Assembly: GCA_965644295.1 (NCBI GenBank)
Contig: CBFFRP010000371.1
Coordinates: 227,444-291,443, forward strand
Origin: Paraphysomonas bandaiensis
Taxonomy: Eukaryota; Protista; Chrysophyceae
Length of the DNA: 64,000 bases
Direction: 5' to 3'
The stretch's first letter is position 1. Each line of letters begins with the position of its first letter. The translations under genes and the position numbers were made by a program. Of the stretch, positions 37,769 through 50,553 are shown one piece after another. The notes under the pieces are model-generated. The model did no database searches. It saw only the letters and a list, made by a program, of their open reading frames with translations, and had not been told where the DNA came from.

Positions 37769-38207
37769 TGGGTTATTACCCTGCATCATTACAGCATAAA
37801 ATCAATCTAATGAATTTGTATTCCAGACACAAGAGTATATTCCGAATTGTTTAGATATGAAGATATGTGTATATGGACGAGCTGCGTAGTAGATGTGAAG
37901 AGCCCGCCATTCCCATTCCATCATAATAATAGACGGGTAACGGGGGGTCCTCCCGGTACCCCGTTTGGGGTTTTGTTGGTATACAACATACAGGTGTGTA
38001 CATTGTAGGGAAAAATAATACAGCAGTATATGCTGGTATATACAGCAGTATGTTATAAGATGTACGTACTCTGTAGCTACTGTTGTATATATGATCAACA
38101 AGATCATAAGTAGAGTGAGTGATATATACATCATTCTATCACTAGAACTCTACACTGAAAGTTTGTTGTACATTACTTTCATCACATTATTCACAGCAAA
38201 GTATACA

Positions 38208-38669
38208 ATGGCAAAAAGTAAATCCAAACCAGCTCCTAAAGCTACAAGAAAGTCATCCAGAGCAAAGCCAACAGCAGCAGCTGCTTCTGCAGCAGTATCA
38301 AAGACATCTACTGAAGTCACTGGATCTGAGAATGAAACTAAAACACATGTTTCAAAAAATATTCCAATTATTAGAATTGAGCATTGTAAGTCATGGTAAG
38401 TATAGATTATAGTGGTCTTTGTTTCAATAATTGTATATAGAAACGCGTTTAAGACGAGGGCATTGAAGATCAAAGCCCAACTTGAAGAAGACAGCACAGC
38501 TTCTGTTGTCATTAATGAAGAAAAGCCAAGAAAAGGCGCTTTTGTAATTTCAGTTGAAGGTAAAGAGAAACCTGTATTGGAGCTTCTTGATATGCGCCGA
38601 CCTTTCACTGCATTGAAAGCTCTCGACATAGAGGAAGTTGTACAGTCAATTAGAACTTCTCTTGAGTAG
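38208..38669 (+). CDS. SELENOH: Selenoprotein H-like (Rdx family, CxxU); intron 38396-38440 splits the TGA-Sec codon
   Basis: Exon 1 ends TGT AAG TCA TG|gtaag and exon 2 starts ag|A AAC GCG TTT, giving IEHCKSUNAFKTRA. Also INEEKPRKGAFVI, LDMRRPFTALKALD and a basic N-terminus. Confidence 0.9.
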
Positions 38670-38686
38670 TTCGGACGATGACGATT

Positions 38687-38757
38687 GTACTATTTGGGAT
38701 GATATGCAAACAGCGATAATATACTTTATTTGCTGTTTGTATTGATACTAATAGTAC
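38687..38757 (+). promoter_or_regulatory. Eukaryotic SECIS element
   Basis: Helix I gtactatt/aatagtac; core A-TGAT (38699) / TGAT (38743); helix II atgcaaacagc/gctgtttgtat (11 bp, one G-U); AA in the apical loop; 18 nt after the stop codon. Confidence 0.88.
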
Positions 38758-39487
38758 TATATGTGATCGTGTAATAATAAGTTGGGCTCTTGTCGTCTCC
38801 ATATATCTCTATCAGTCAAATTGTTGAATTTTATATTTTACACTTATAAAGGGTAACTGAAGAGTAGCTCTCTTAGGAATAAGTGTAGATGGGTATATTT
38901 TTGTCGAAAATGTACATAAGTTCCCATCTTTCTTTGCTTTTTAATTCCATTATTACTTCGGCCTCAGACGCTCTCGACTAACACGGCTTAAACCATTCTA
39001 CGTCCTGTTGAACTAACTTCAAAACTGTATGAAGAATTCCAATTCAAATCAGCAATCCACGTTGTTTGCAACTCTCTGTATTGTTTATCAATGATCATCT
39101 ACTTAATACTTAGTACACGAAACTCTACGTGTTACAAGTTATAAGGTCGAGAATAGTCAGTATGATAATGTAATGTACTGTCGTTGAAATATTAAGTGTT
39201 TGACTTGTAAAAAATATCATTGATTGCTTTTTCTCTCCAGCACACTCATTGACTGCGCTGCCTCGGTATGCAAGACAGACAATGACACAGTACAAAAACT
39301 TTCATAGAGTTTAAATGTTTAAATATATTTTAACGTCGGTGTTTGTCAATATTATAGCCTATAAGTAAGTAAAAAGCCTATTTTTATATATTAATCTAGA
39401 GTCACTCACCAACACGTACTTGTTACTTCTAATAAAGCATTTTCATTGCTAAATAATTATAAAGTTGCCGGGTAAATGTGGCATGCG

Positions 39488-39845
39488 CCCTCAACAAAGT
39501 CGGACTCGCACGTTTTCGTGGTGTTCTGGGTGATAAGTACCAGGGATAAGTTTCTCCGGGAAACTAACGTGAGCCGCAAATATAGTCAGCAGATATTCTT
39601 CTGCCCACTCATAGCCAAATGCATGTGTGGTACAAGGGACACCAATAAGTGTCACATGTGTAGACGTCTTCGGACCCTGACTAGTACACAGGCATCCGGG
39701 AATGGGCCCACCTGAAGGGTAACCGAAGTATTGGGCTGTCTGCTGAAGTCAAGCATCCGGGATGTTTACCTTAATAACTCAGAGCGGAAGTGGTCGCACC
39801 TTGCTGCGACGCACAAGCAGCTTCCGTAGCGTTAAATAGTAGGAT
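39488..39845 (+). mobile_element. Family S element with both termini
   Basis: 5' ccctcaacaaagtcgg and 3' gcacaagcagcttccgtagcgttaaatagtagga. Confidence 0.8.
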
Positions 39846-39883
39846 AAAAAAAGTATGTACTGATTAGTTACAGGCAGAGGTCT

Positions 39884-39960
39884 AACTAGTTTGTCTAGCA
39901 TTCATCTAGCTACTAAGTTGGTGCAGGTTTTTAACGCCTATTGCTAATAATAGGACTTTC
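39884..39960 (-). repeat. Short dispersed repeat; inverted copy at ~805-872
   Basis: ttattattagcaataggcgtt.aaaa.ctgcacca.cttagtagctagatg occurs at both sites in opposite orientation. Confidence 0.7.
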
Positions 39961-40291
39961 AATATAATATAATGTGGTATGCGTACTTGCATGTTTGAGT
40001 TGTTATGCATGGTTACGAACTGCCGCCAGTAAATGCAACTATCGGAAAGTTTCACGAAAGGAATGAATATTCATGTGATAATAAAACGAGTACTATAGTG
40101 TACAAACTGTTGCTCTATACTAGACAGTAGACAGAACTACGAGTAGGAAATGTGTGCTTCGTGGATGTTAGCGGCTTCGAACGTGGACTAATTAGTTTTA
40201 TTACTTTTACAGCGAAGCAAAGCACATGCTTAATGCCCAACACAGTAAATACAACCGCTAAGAATACATAATCAGCACAGGGGTAATTGTA

Positions 40292-40781
40292 TTAACGTGC
40301 CATTGGGTGACCAGATATGAATTTCACAGCGTCTTGAATAGACATGATGTTGTCAGCATCAGCATCAGGAATCTGAATACCAAATTCCTCCTCTAATTGC
40401 AAGCAAATCTCTACAGCATCCAATGAATCCAAATCAAGATCCTCTTTGAATTTTGAATCAGCTGTAACGTTCTCAGCTTTCACCTGAACATAGAATATTA
40501 GAACAAGCTATCAGAAGAATACATCACTTGACCTTCTCGAATGATCTGACCACCTCAATGACCCTTTCAGTTACAACTTTAACGTCCATGAATGGCTATA
40601 ATATTTTTAAAAATAAATATATAAAGGATGTTACTTTTACCTCATCATCTGAGCTGAATGCTCTCACTGCAATATTGACAGGAGTTTGCAAACGAAAATG
40701 GAAAGCAGTAGGAGTTCTGGCAATTGATGCCAATCTCGCAGGCTTGAGAGCAACAGAAGCAATTCGTGTAAGTCTATTCAT
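40292..40781 (-). CDS. NDUFAB1: Mitochondrial acyl carrier protein; 3 exons
   Basis: Transit peptide; DLDLDSLDAVEI phosphopantetheine motif; EEEFGIQIPDADAD; ends HPMAR. Confidence 0.93.
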
Positions 40782-41226
40782 TGTTTTAACTATTCAATGA
40801 ACTTATGAATACTGACTAGTAATGTGCTGCACAATAATGTATAATGAATCATGTATAATTAAGAAGAGAAATAGTCCATGACACCACAAAAAAACACCTC
40901 CATAACAAACTATAGTATGACATGGTATATAATATCTTCAAAGGACAAACTGAAAATGAGTATATCCCATAATATACATACGTTCCTGACATGTACGTTC
41001 GTGACATGTATTCGAACATATCCATATGTATATTGGCTGTAGGCTGTACGTACATGTATGTATATAAACAACACACTGGGGATCTTGATACTGTAGCTAT
41101 GAGGTCTTGTGTACATACCCATGTACTCCTGCTATAGATACATCTACTAGTACACACATCCATCTCTATATGTATATGTATATCCATATCACATACATAC
41201 ATATATATCCATATCTAAATAGAAAG

Positions 41227-42957
41227 ATGTCAGCTATCCCTCAAACTGTTCATGAAGCTCATATAGCAATAGAACGTGAACGTCAAGCAAGAAGAGAATC
41301 ACTTGATGCTATTAAACGTGAAAAAACACTCCGTATGCAACAAGAGGTGAATATATTAAGTAACTCTGAAATACCTGAAGATCCTATTACAGCTGGAAGA
41401 AAAAGATCAGTTTCAGATATTCGTGCAAAATTTAATGGCAATTCTGTGATACTAAATCCAATGAAATCATCAGATAGTCATATGAATGATACAAATAAAG
41501 GGATAGCAGATGAGATATCAAAATCACCAGATATTCATACTGTTCATATAGAAAAACAAGAAAGTGTAGCAGATATAAGAAGAAGATTTACTGGAACATC
41601 ACTTGTTGAGACTCAAGAAGCGTTTTATCGCAAATTAATGGCCAGAAGAGGAATGAGTGGATCAGATAATAATGGCACTAGATGGCAGCGACGAAGCTCA
41701 TCTATTGATAACGAAAAGGGAAATAACAGAGAAGATGCGCTTACAGGTCTTACTGAGGCTGAAAAACAGTCATTTCTTCAGGGTTGGGCGTACAGTGAGC
41801 AGGAAGGAGGGGCAGAGTGTGCATCTGATGCGGAGGAGTTTCTTTCAACTCTTGGCGTGAGAGAAAGCGTTTTAGATGAGCAGGAATGGAGGGAATGGAA
41901 ACAAGCGATACGCAATACACAAGAAATGTCAATTCAAAAAAGTCCGAATGGTAAAGGAGAAGCTACAAGCAATGATGTAGCATCAAGAACACGTGATGGT
42001 ATTTTGCCACCAGATAGCGAAGTATCTGATCCAACATATGATGATGTAGAACAGAATGAAATAACCAAATCAGTAGATGAAGCTCTCGTATCGCAGCCAG
42101 AACTGGATAACGTTTCAAATGTTAAGGAGGAAGCCACGTCTATTTCACATGAAAACATTGCCTCTGAACCTCACATTTCGGATGCACAGTCTAGTGGTGG
42201 GGTCGATAAACTGGACACTGATGCGGATGGGGAACCTTCTTCTACTTCACCTGAAGACAGTGCCAATATATCACAACCAGAACAAGATAATGTCACAACT
42301 CATTCAGCAGCTGCAGTTGCTTCATCAGAATCTCACATTTCGGATGCACAGTCTAGTGGTGGGGTCGATAAACTGGACACTGATGCGGATGGGGAACCTT
42401 CTACTTCACCTGAAGATAGTGCCAATATATCACAACCAGAACAAGATAATGTCACAACTCATTCAGCAGCTGCAGTTGCTTCATCTGAACCTCACATTTC
42501 GGATGCACAGTCTAGTGGTGGGGTCGATAAACTGGACACTGATGCGGATGGGGAACCTTCTTCTACTTCACCTGAAGACAGTGCCAATATATCACAACCA
42601 GAACAAGATAATGTCCCAACTCATTCAGCAGCTGCAGTTGCTTCATCTGAACCTCACATTTCGGATGCACAGTCTAGAGTGTCATATGGATCTAAAGAAC
42701 CTACACCCTATTCTCCGGATAACTGTTATCGAGGTGGCGAGTTGAAAAGTATTGATATGCTTCGAGAGAGTAGTTTGGAGTATTCCAGATGCACTTTCGA
42801 CGAGACTGGAATTGGTGCTTCTCCCTTGCACTCTGAAATCATTGATGCTCCCACTGTGGGACATTCTGAAACCCCCGTATCAGAGTCAGTGGAGAGCTCT
42901 CCAGAAAGAGTGACTAATGATTCCTCAAAGAGCTGTTGTCCCTGTGTTATATGTTGA
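41227..42957 (+). CDS. Intronless disordered protein with internal tandem repeats and a C-terminal CaaX-like CCPCVIC
   Basis: Long ORF; likely start MSAIPQ; three 53-54-aa acidic repeats. Confidence 0.7.
   Translation: MSAIPQTVHEAHIAIERERQARRESLDAIKREKTLRMQQEVNILSNSEIPEDPITAGRKRSVSDIRAKFNGNSVILNPMKSSDSHMNDTNKGIADEISKSPDIHTVHIEKQESVADIRRRFTGTSLVETQEAFYRKLMARRGMSGSDNNGTRWQRRSSSIDNEKGNNREDALTGLTEAEKQSFLQGWAYSEQEGGAECASDAEEFLSTLGVRESVLDEQEWREWKQAIRNTQEMSIQKSPNGKGEATSNDVASRTRDGILPPDSEVSDPTYDDVEQNEITKSVDEALVSQPELDNVSNVKEEATSISHENIASEPHISDAQSSGGVDKLDTDADGEPSSTSPEDSANISQPEQDNVTTHSAAAVASSESHISDAQSSGGVDKLDTDADGEPSTSPEDSANISQPEQDNVTTHSAAAVASSEPHISDAQSSGGVDKLDTDADGEPSSTSPEDSANISQPEQDNVPTHSAAAVASSEPHISDAQSRVSYGSKEPTPYSPDNCYRGGELKSIDMLRESSLEYSRCTFDETGIGASPLHSEIIDAPTVGHSETPVSESVESSPERVTNDSSKSCCPCVIC
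42163..42677 (+). repeat. Coding tandem repeat; units of 162, 159 and 162 nt plus a partial unit
   Basis: Units start at 42163, 42325, 42484 and 42646 and are nearly identical. Confidence 0.95.
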
Positions 42958-43514
42958 CAGCACGTTTCTTAAGTTTACGTCTATATGTTATATGTGTGAT
43001 TACTGTTTCTCACAATACATTAATAAATGAGAAGTTTCTGTTAGATATGACATATTGTTTCGTCGTATTCTAACATACAAAGGATGATTTATTATTTATT
43101 ACTGTTGACGAGGACGAAATGTCGACATGCTACATGTACATCACCCCTATTCAACAAGCTAAGCAAGCAACCACAGCTGGTTAGTCATAACTGCCGATCC
43201 TTCTTTCAATAAATGATGTTGGGCCTTTGTTTTCAAAGAAAAAATTACAACTTGCCTAGACTACATGTTCAGTCAAGAGAAAATGCTTTTACGAAACTGG
43301 AAACAGCAAATATATGTTGTGCACAAATACATGCACACAATCAACAAAATCATGGCGAGACTCCTTTTATAAACTTATTATTATTTGCTACTTGATACAT
43401 GAACTGTGTTATGATAAAATTTAAAACGATCCTGGCAGACATTACAGACGACAGACAACATGATATTTATAGGTTTCATTCCAGGAGTAAAACAGATCAC
43501 CATTCATACAAACC

Positions 43515-44831
43515 TTATGAATTATCCTTGTCTGCTAATGGCGACTGCTTTAGGAGTTCAGTCCTGTTCAATTTCCAGTCCAGTAGAGCACTCATGTCTG
43601 TTGCAATGACGCCCATATAGGCGCCCATGAGAAGATTTCCGCGACTGATTCCAACAAATACTCTAGCGAGCTCCAAATCTGCAACAGTGACCGTGGGAGG
43701 GCTTTCGCCTGAATCTTCTTTTTTGCTATCAGCCGCGTTCTGAGAAGTGATGGCCTTAAGTAACTCAAAGTGCCGCTGAAGGACATTTACTGCATCCTGC
43801 AACTGGCCAACCTTACTGTACAATGTTCCCAGTGCCCGACAAGCTTGTGACTGGAGATAAGCATCACCCGCCTGCTCTGATATAGAATGTACGAGAGATA
43901 GTTCCGCAAGCGCCTGCTGATCCTCTCCAAGTGAGTCCAGCGCCCAGGCAAGGGCGGAGCAAGCGCGACATCTCGCCTCGGTGTCTCCTATGTCGGTGGA
44001 TATTTGTGAGTGCTGCTGCAGGTAAGGGAGAGCGGCAGAGGGATCTCCCCGACGAAGTAGTAGATTGCCAATTTTCCCATTAGCTTCGCCTTGTGATGCT
44101 AGATCCATGCACTTGATTGAAGCGCCAAGACACATTTCATACATCTTGAGCGCTTCGTCAGTTCGATTCTCTGCGTCTAATCGCTCCGCAAGTACGAGAT
44201 ACACTTTATGCAACTCAACATTCGCAATAACAATTTCGTCCGCGTTATCAATCGATTTTGCGATTTCTTCATGTCGCTCGTGGCAAACCCTTGCCTGCTC
44301 GTACTCATTCATTTGCTGAAAGACTTCGCCTAATGTGTGATTTGCCATCATCTCAGCCTTCATATCTGTTGTTAACTGAGCAACTTCAAGGCATTTCTCC
44401 TGGAAAAATATTGCGGTTTTCCAGTCACGTTTCTTTTTATATGACCCGGCGAGTTTATTATAAGCAGTATAGACACCCACAATATTTCCCTGTCGTCGAG
44501 ATATTTCAGCCAAGACAAGATTATTTCGAATGAAAGACATCTCATCTGTTGTACATTGTATCTTTCTAAATTTTCCATCTGGTGCATTAGGATCCGCACG
44601 TTGAGTTAAATGATAAAAATCCACAAAACTCTGTACATATCCTTCAACTAATAACTGTTGACAAAAATCTTCTTCTGTTTTCATCTCAGAATGATCTCTA
44701 GTAGCCAATGAATCAAATTTATCACTACTTGTTACTTTAAATCTTGGTTTTCCTGGTGGTTTAACTGGCATTTTATCAACTGCCATAGCTTTTTTTATTT
44801 CTCTTTCTTTTAATGATTGTGACATCATCAT
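43515..44831 (-). CDS. TTC29: Tetratricopeptide repeat protein 29-like (axonemal)
   Basis: CQQLLVEGYVQSFVDFYHL N-terminal motif, an array of TPR helices, and a C-terminal ARVFVGISRG...ALLDWK. Confidence 0.75.
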   Translation of the reverse strand: MMMSQSLKEREIKKAMAVDKMPVKPPGKPRFKVTSSDKFDSLATRDHSEMKTEEDFCQQLLVEGYVQSFVDFYHLTQRADPNAPDGKFRKIQCTTDEMSFIRNNLVLAEISRRQGNIVGVYTAYNKLAGSYKKKRDWKTAIFFQEKCLEVAQLTTDMKAEMMANHTLGEVFQQMNEYEQARVCHERHEEIAKSIDNADEIVIANVELHKVYLVLAERLDAENRTDEALKMYEMCLGASIKCMDLASQGEANGKIGNLLLRRGDPSAALPYLQQHSQISTDIGDTEARCRACSALAWALDSLGEDQQALAELSLVHSISEQAGDAYLQSQACRALGTLYSKVGQLQDAVNVLQRHFELLKAITSQNAADSKKEDSGESPPTVTVADLELARVFVGISRGNLLMGAYMGVIATDMSALLDWKLNRTELLKQSPLADKDNS

Positions 44832-45684
44832 ATTAATAGACTACTAGTTAAATCTATAGATAATGATAGGAGTAATCACTTAGATGACATTAGATTGTTA
44901 ATTGTATTAATAATGGTGTGATGTAGAGGGGTATGAGTGTGATAGAATGGTATGAGTGTGCAAGTGTGTGTTAGAGATGGGCTCATACGTTACGTATTGT
45001 GGTTATATATGCATGGATGTGTGTATATGTATGTACGTATCGTATAGCAGAGTACATACAGTACATGTATATATGGAGCTCTCGTGTATCTATGTATGTG
45101 TAGGTGTGTGAAGCGTTTCAATTGAATGCTGCTGGTGAGGATGAATATATAACCCCCATAATTTTAGATAAAAAGTGTATAAAAACTACCAATATTCTAC
45201 ACTATTATCATATAGATTTTTTGTAATATATAGATTTTTAGCGATATTCTACTGTACATCTTCGTACACAATTGTACACTATGTATAACAGAGAGCTCAA
45301 AAAAATCTATGTTTTTATCTGATTTGTGGGATATTGTACGATAAAAATAAGGGATTTATAGACTTTTTTATATTCTTTGAACAAATTCTCTTTATTTACA
45401 AAACGTTTTTAGAGGGTGTTAGAAGGGACTCTCAAGGGTGCTTATATATGAAAATGTACGTAAAGGACAATCATCTCTATGTCATAGTAATCATACTTAT
45501 TATATATCATTATACTGATAATTGATACTCTACTAGAGATCAGATATCATATGAGAATCTTGTAGAGATAATTCATATCACAATAAGCTGTATATGAATG
45601 TATTTCCATGAAGATAGATAGATATATACATACATGTTCATATAATCATATATAATCAATTAAACTGTGAATAATATTGTGAAT

Positions 45685-48281
45685 ATGAGACAAAGAAAGA
45701 TTGTTCGTAAGGTCATATATATACATATATAGTAGAAGCATTGTATGATATGGTTCATAGGTATGGTTTACTATAAAGCTACTCCTCTCAATGGGAGGAT
45801 TGCCAGATACTGAAAAGAAAGAATTAGAAGATGGAAAACAAAAATTTTATGAAAAATTATGTGAAATTGATTCATCGAAAGAGAATCAAGATATTATTGA
45901 CTATAGAAGAAAGCTTTTGTTTTCGAACCCAGACATGCTTGATATCTTTCGCACGTTATGGCAGACTTTGGTGGCATATACTGACCCAACAACCACAGCT
46001 CTCACAGAAGAAGGTTACACTCGATTAAACCTTCGTGTACAAAAGGCTTTGTTGGGTGACAGCACCACAGAAGAAGAAGCTTTAGAGTTTGCTAAGGCGG
46101 ATTATTTAAGTGATGTGAAGTCTTACGGTATAATGAACAAAGTGGCGTTTATGGATGTCCTTTCAGAGATGATAGGTACGTATACAGAATATATTTGTAG
46201 TGGGTGTGGTTGTAAATTGGGAACTTCATAATGATATAGAGATATGGTCCGAGAATGCAAAGCCTCGATTTTGTGCAGCTTTTTCTTGGGCTCTGTTGGA
46301 AAGGTATGCCCACTATTACACTGTATTGGTATGCGTACTTAGTATCTAACTTACAGCTTGACGGACCTTAGTACTTACCCTCCTAAACTGCGGCCAATAA
46401 AAGATGTGAGATGCATTACGAATATAAGAGAGAATGTAAGTGTATACTGAATGTAAATATAATGTGAATGTCTCTTGTAGGATATCCTGGCGAGGTTTGC
46501 AGCTACGAGGACCATTCGGGTGAGATTAGGTGCCATGCTTGATTGGATTGAGAGAGAAATGATTCCTCTGGAGGTACTATAATCTAAATTAGTTACTTTT
46601 GTGCATATATGCAGATATATGTAAACAATAGCTATTGTTGTCGTACGATGCATATATTTATGTATGTATGTTTATATCTAATTGGTGGTGGATATAGTCA
46701 CAAATCCGTCTTGGACAGCGTCGTCGTGCCATTCTTATTAATCAACCTGCTGCTGATATGGTCACAATTATAAACTCAACTACTCCTTTTGATGTACGTG
46801 GATGCGGTGATCCTGATGTGCATAGTATATATGATGAGCTGCCTCTTTCTCGGGTTGGTTCTTTGGAGAATACATGCAGTGCGGACTTGTCGTGCGTCAT
46901 ATCTCACGACCCAAGTATTCTGCAGAGTGGGAGTACTGACGGCACTGTCGAAAGTCTAAGTCGACTTTTAGGAGAATCGAGGCGGACTTCAATAGCTGGT
47001 GCGCTGTTGAGTATTGCCCTCGTTTCGCGGATGTTAAATAGATCACGCCGTAAGTCAATAGGGAGTACGGACAATCAGCCTAGCAACAAAGAGGTAAACA
47101 CGTGGGCGGCGGCAATCATTGAGAAATATTGTTCTTCAAAGACCACAGCTGGACAGTCGATTGAAGATTCGCATCATTCACACGTTCAGTACGATGATGA
47201 TGGCCTGAGGAATGGCATAAGAACTATGGAGCTGAGTGACATGGATGCAAACCATGAGATTTCTGCTCATTCATCGAGTGTTCAGGAGAGTCATAATTCA
47301 CCTGATATTAGTTGTAGTAAGCGACCACTTATTCTTAAACAAAAGGGTCCTATACAGAGAATTGACCGGAAAGCGGAGTATAAATACAATTTTGACACTG
47401 TGGACAATTCGTACTACGAGGCATTATACCAGCGTCAGAATCGAAGGGTGTCAACATTGAACTCACAACGACCATCGACTGCTAGCCAATCGAATCGGTC
47501 AGTTAGCAGCACATTTGCCACCAGTGATTATATTCAAGAGCTTCATGACTCGGGGCTTCTAGGTGCACCGGCGACACCTAGTTTGAATTCTACTCGTCCA
47601 TCTACAGCACATGCAGTGTTCAACTCGCCTATTAATGTCAAGGACACTCGCCGAAGACCACAAACAGCATCTACAATTGACCATTTATATAGGAATAGAA
47701 AAAATCACCAGGTTAATGGAGCCATGCTCATGAAGGAAGCTCTGGGATCTGCCTCACAATATCGGCTTCAGGTCCGCACCCGAGGTCGGAAACAACCTCT
47801 GAGGAAACGACACAATATGGCATACGCGCAGCGTGATATTATTCAACCATCTAAGGGAAACACCAAGATGCATAAGAAGGAGTCTTGCAAACTCCCATTG
47901 TCTCCACAACCATTGGGTCGAACTAAACCGTCGTCTAACATGCATGGGGTATGTGGTATTCATGAGCAAGGCTCTTTTCCAGATATATGTTTTGAGACTT
48001 CCGTTTGTGTGCCACACGCTTCCACGCCGGAAACTGAATACGCGACAGGAAAGGAGGTAGACTCACGCTCATGGGCACAGCCGAAACCTGCAGTGTCTGG
48101 ATTGATTCCAAAACAGAATATTACCTTTCGAGCTGCAGATACAGTCGTCGATGATAGGTACCCTCGAAAAAGTGGACGGCATCAGTCCAAATTACCTGTC
48201 GCAAACTATATGCGGGGAACGAAGAGCATAAGGGGTAGCCGTAAATCTGCACATAAGATAGTCGTGTTCACTGATAACTGA
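45685..48281 (+). CDS. Hypothetical multi-exon protein: folded N-terminal region and long low-complexity last exon with RPxTA motifs
   Basis: MRQRKIVRK|VWFTIKL splices into ORF 45791; small exons lie at 46240-46560; the terminal ORF is 507 aa. Confidence 0.6.
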
Positions 48282-48780
48282 GTTAGTTTTCTTTTAAATC
48301 ACATTTTTGTGACTTTTATATTGTATGTCATAGACTTAGGCAATGCAAAGAGTAGCAATGAGTTTTATGAAATCAAACTATATGATAGCTCTACTCAAAG
48401 GAGGGCCTGAACATATTATTGGTGTTTGCATAGCATTTTATTGGTTTAGACTTGTGTATTCCATAGATGGATTTTCTACAGTTGCTTTCTCAATATATAA
48501 TTAGTGGGTGTTTTAAAGTACATGCTCTTTGTATAGCGATTTGCCTTCACAAAATCAGTTGTGAAAACTAGAACTGGTGAAGGATCCTATTAGATCTCCT
48601 TAAACAAACACCGATGACTTAATCGGAAATCATCTGCATATTATACAATGCTATATCATTTTTGCCTTACTCTATTAAGATTCAATAATTCAGGTAGCTA
48701 TACCTCTTAACATATATATATATTAGACGAGAATGCAACATAATACAATGAAAAATCAATTGACTGGGCGATCATCAGAC

Positions 48781-49195
48781 CCCTCAACAAAGTCGGACTC
48801 GTACTTATTTGTGGCGTTCTGGGGTATAAGTACCAGGGATAAGTTTCTCCGGGAAACTAACGTGAGCCACATATATAGTCAACAGATATTGTTGTGCCAA
48901 CTCATAGCCTACAACTAATGCTTGTGTGGTACAAGGTACAAGAGACACTAATTAGTGTCACTTGTGTAGACTGTAGATGTCTTTGGGCCCTGACTAGTAC
49001 ACAGGCATCCGGGACTGGGTTCACCTGAAGGGCATCCGGGATATTGGGCTGCCTGCTGAAGTCAGTATCCGGGATGTTCACCTTAAGGACCCAAAAGTCA
49101 GTAGATGTCAGGTATATGTCAATATGCTGCTTGCTCACTGCGTTTGCTTTTAGTGATAGAGCAAAAGTGGTTGCACCTTGGTACTTGCGATGACA
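48781..49195 (+). mobile_element. Family S element, near-complete copy
   Basis: Same 5' terminus and body as the 5408 and 39488 copies. Confidence 0.8.
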
Positions 49196-49419
49196 ATAAA
49201 GTAAATGATAATAACGAAGAGTCCTGCAGGAAAAGGGGTTTACATTTTCAATGAGATTGACCGCTACTGGCTTCTATCTAATCATATGCGATCATTCGAG
49301 TTTAGTTCCGACGTGTTAAGTCTAATTCCAAGCTCGTGCAATACGGGAGGAATAGGAATTGTTTCAACTAGTGTCCTTACTATTATTACAGAAGTAAGGT
49401 CAACTCTTATGACCTCCAC

Positions 49420-49930
49420 GACGTTTGTACATTGTTTGACGAACATCGATGATGAAGAATAAGAATAAGATTGACGGCAAAGGATCAAACCAAAATATTT
49501 TTGCTCGATGAGGAAGAAGAAGATTATGATGGTGTGAGTCTAGTTCCGAATGACGACGCAGCGCAACGTTTGATTGATGGTAGCAAGCAGCGGAAGCGAG
49601 CAATTCGTAACCAACAAACTCGTTACCGCAGCATGAAACACTTGCATGCCACAACCAATAAGGTTGAAAGGTTGTTCAGTAAAGCTACGATTGTTATGGC
49701 GGGCTTGCACAAAAGCTTGACTCTTCAACATTTAAGAGCTACTTATGGTTTTAAGCATGAATCGTCGCCTCTGGAATGAAATGACAGTTAAGGTAGCTAT
49801 ATTGGCAGCTAGTGTATTTTAGTACTAAATAATGGCAATTATTGCAATAATTGAAATTAAGGCAGCAAGAATAATTATAATTGACTACAACCTGCGTCAA
49901 TTAATTGACAATTAATTGATACGCACCCTG
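49420..49930 (+). mobile_element. hAT-type transposon 3' remnant (second family)
   Basis: YRSMKHLHATTNKVERLFSKATIVM motif; the right end ...acgcaccctg is a CAGGG-type TIR. Confidence 0.65.
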
Positions 49931-50553
49931 CATTGCGATTATGTGTAATTATTTAAATATAAGCAATCCGATTTTACCTTGTCAGTGTCAAGAAATGTGT
50001 AGTAAATTCTAATATTGTAATTATGATTTACTGTCCCAAAATCGCATTCCTGTTTCATGCAATCGTGTTTTTTCTATATCACACTATTAGGTTGTATTCT
50101 CTACGTGAAATAATCTTCACTTTTACTGTTCTTTAACTACACAAGGTGTGTCTCTCACTGAATATTACAATTTGCTGTACATCTTTAGCTGTTTTTTGCT
50201 GTAGTATAATGTATAGTGCGATGACAGCGTAAATCAACATCACACAAGCAAAACGAAAATAGGTCCTGCTGTTGTGGTGTACTTTTAGAGTACTCGAGAA
50301 GTTTATGTAATCAACATTAGGTTTGATTTTACATGCCGATCCCCTTTATCTCAATAACTTGCAGAAGCGTATGACACTTGGGTATCTGAAAGTAGTACGT
50401 ACTTTCTTACGTATGAATAACATACTATGAAAGGATAGAACAAGGAATACTGCAACTTTAAATAGTTATTAATGCGCTCGTAATAGCTCTGCCAGTTACA
50501 AGCGCCGAAACTTATAAACCAACACTAATACTTCGATTACACCATATCACGAC

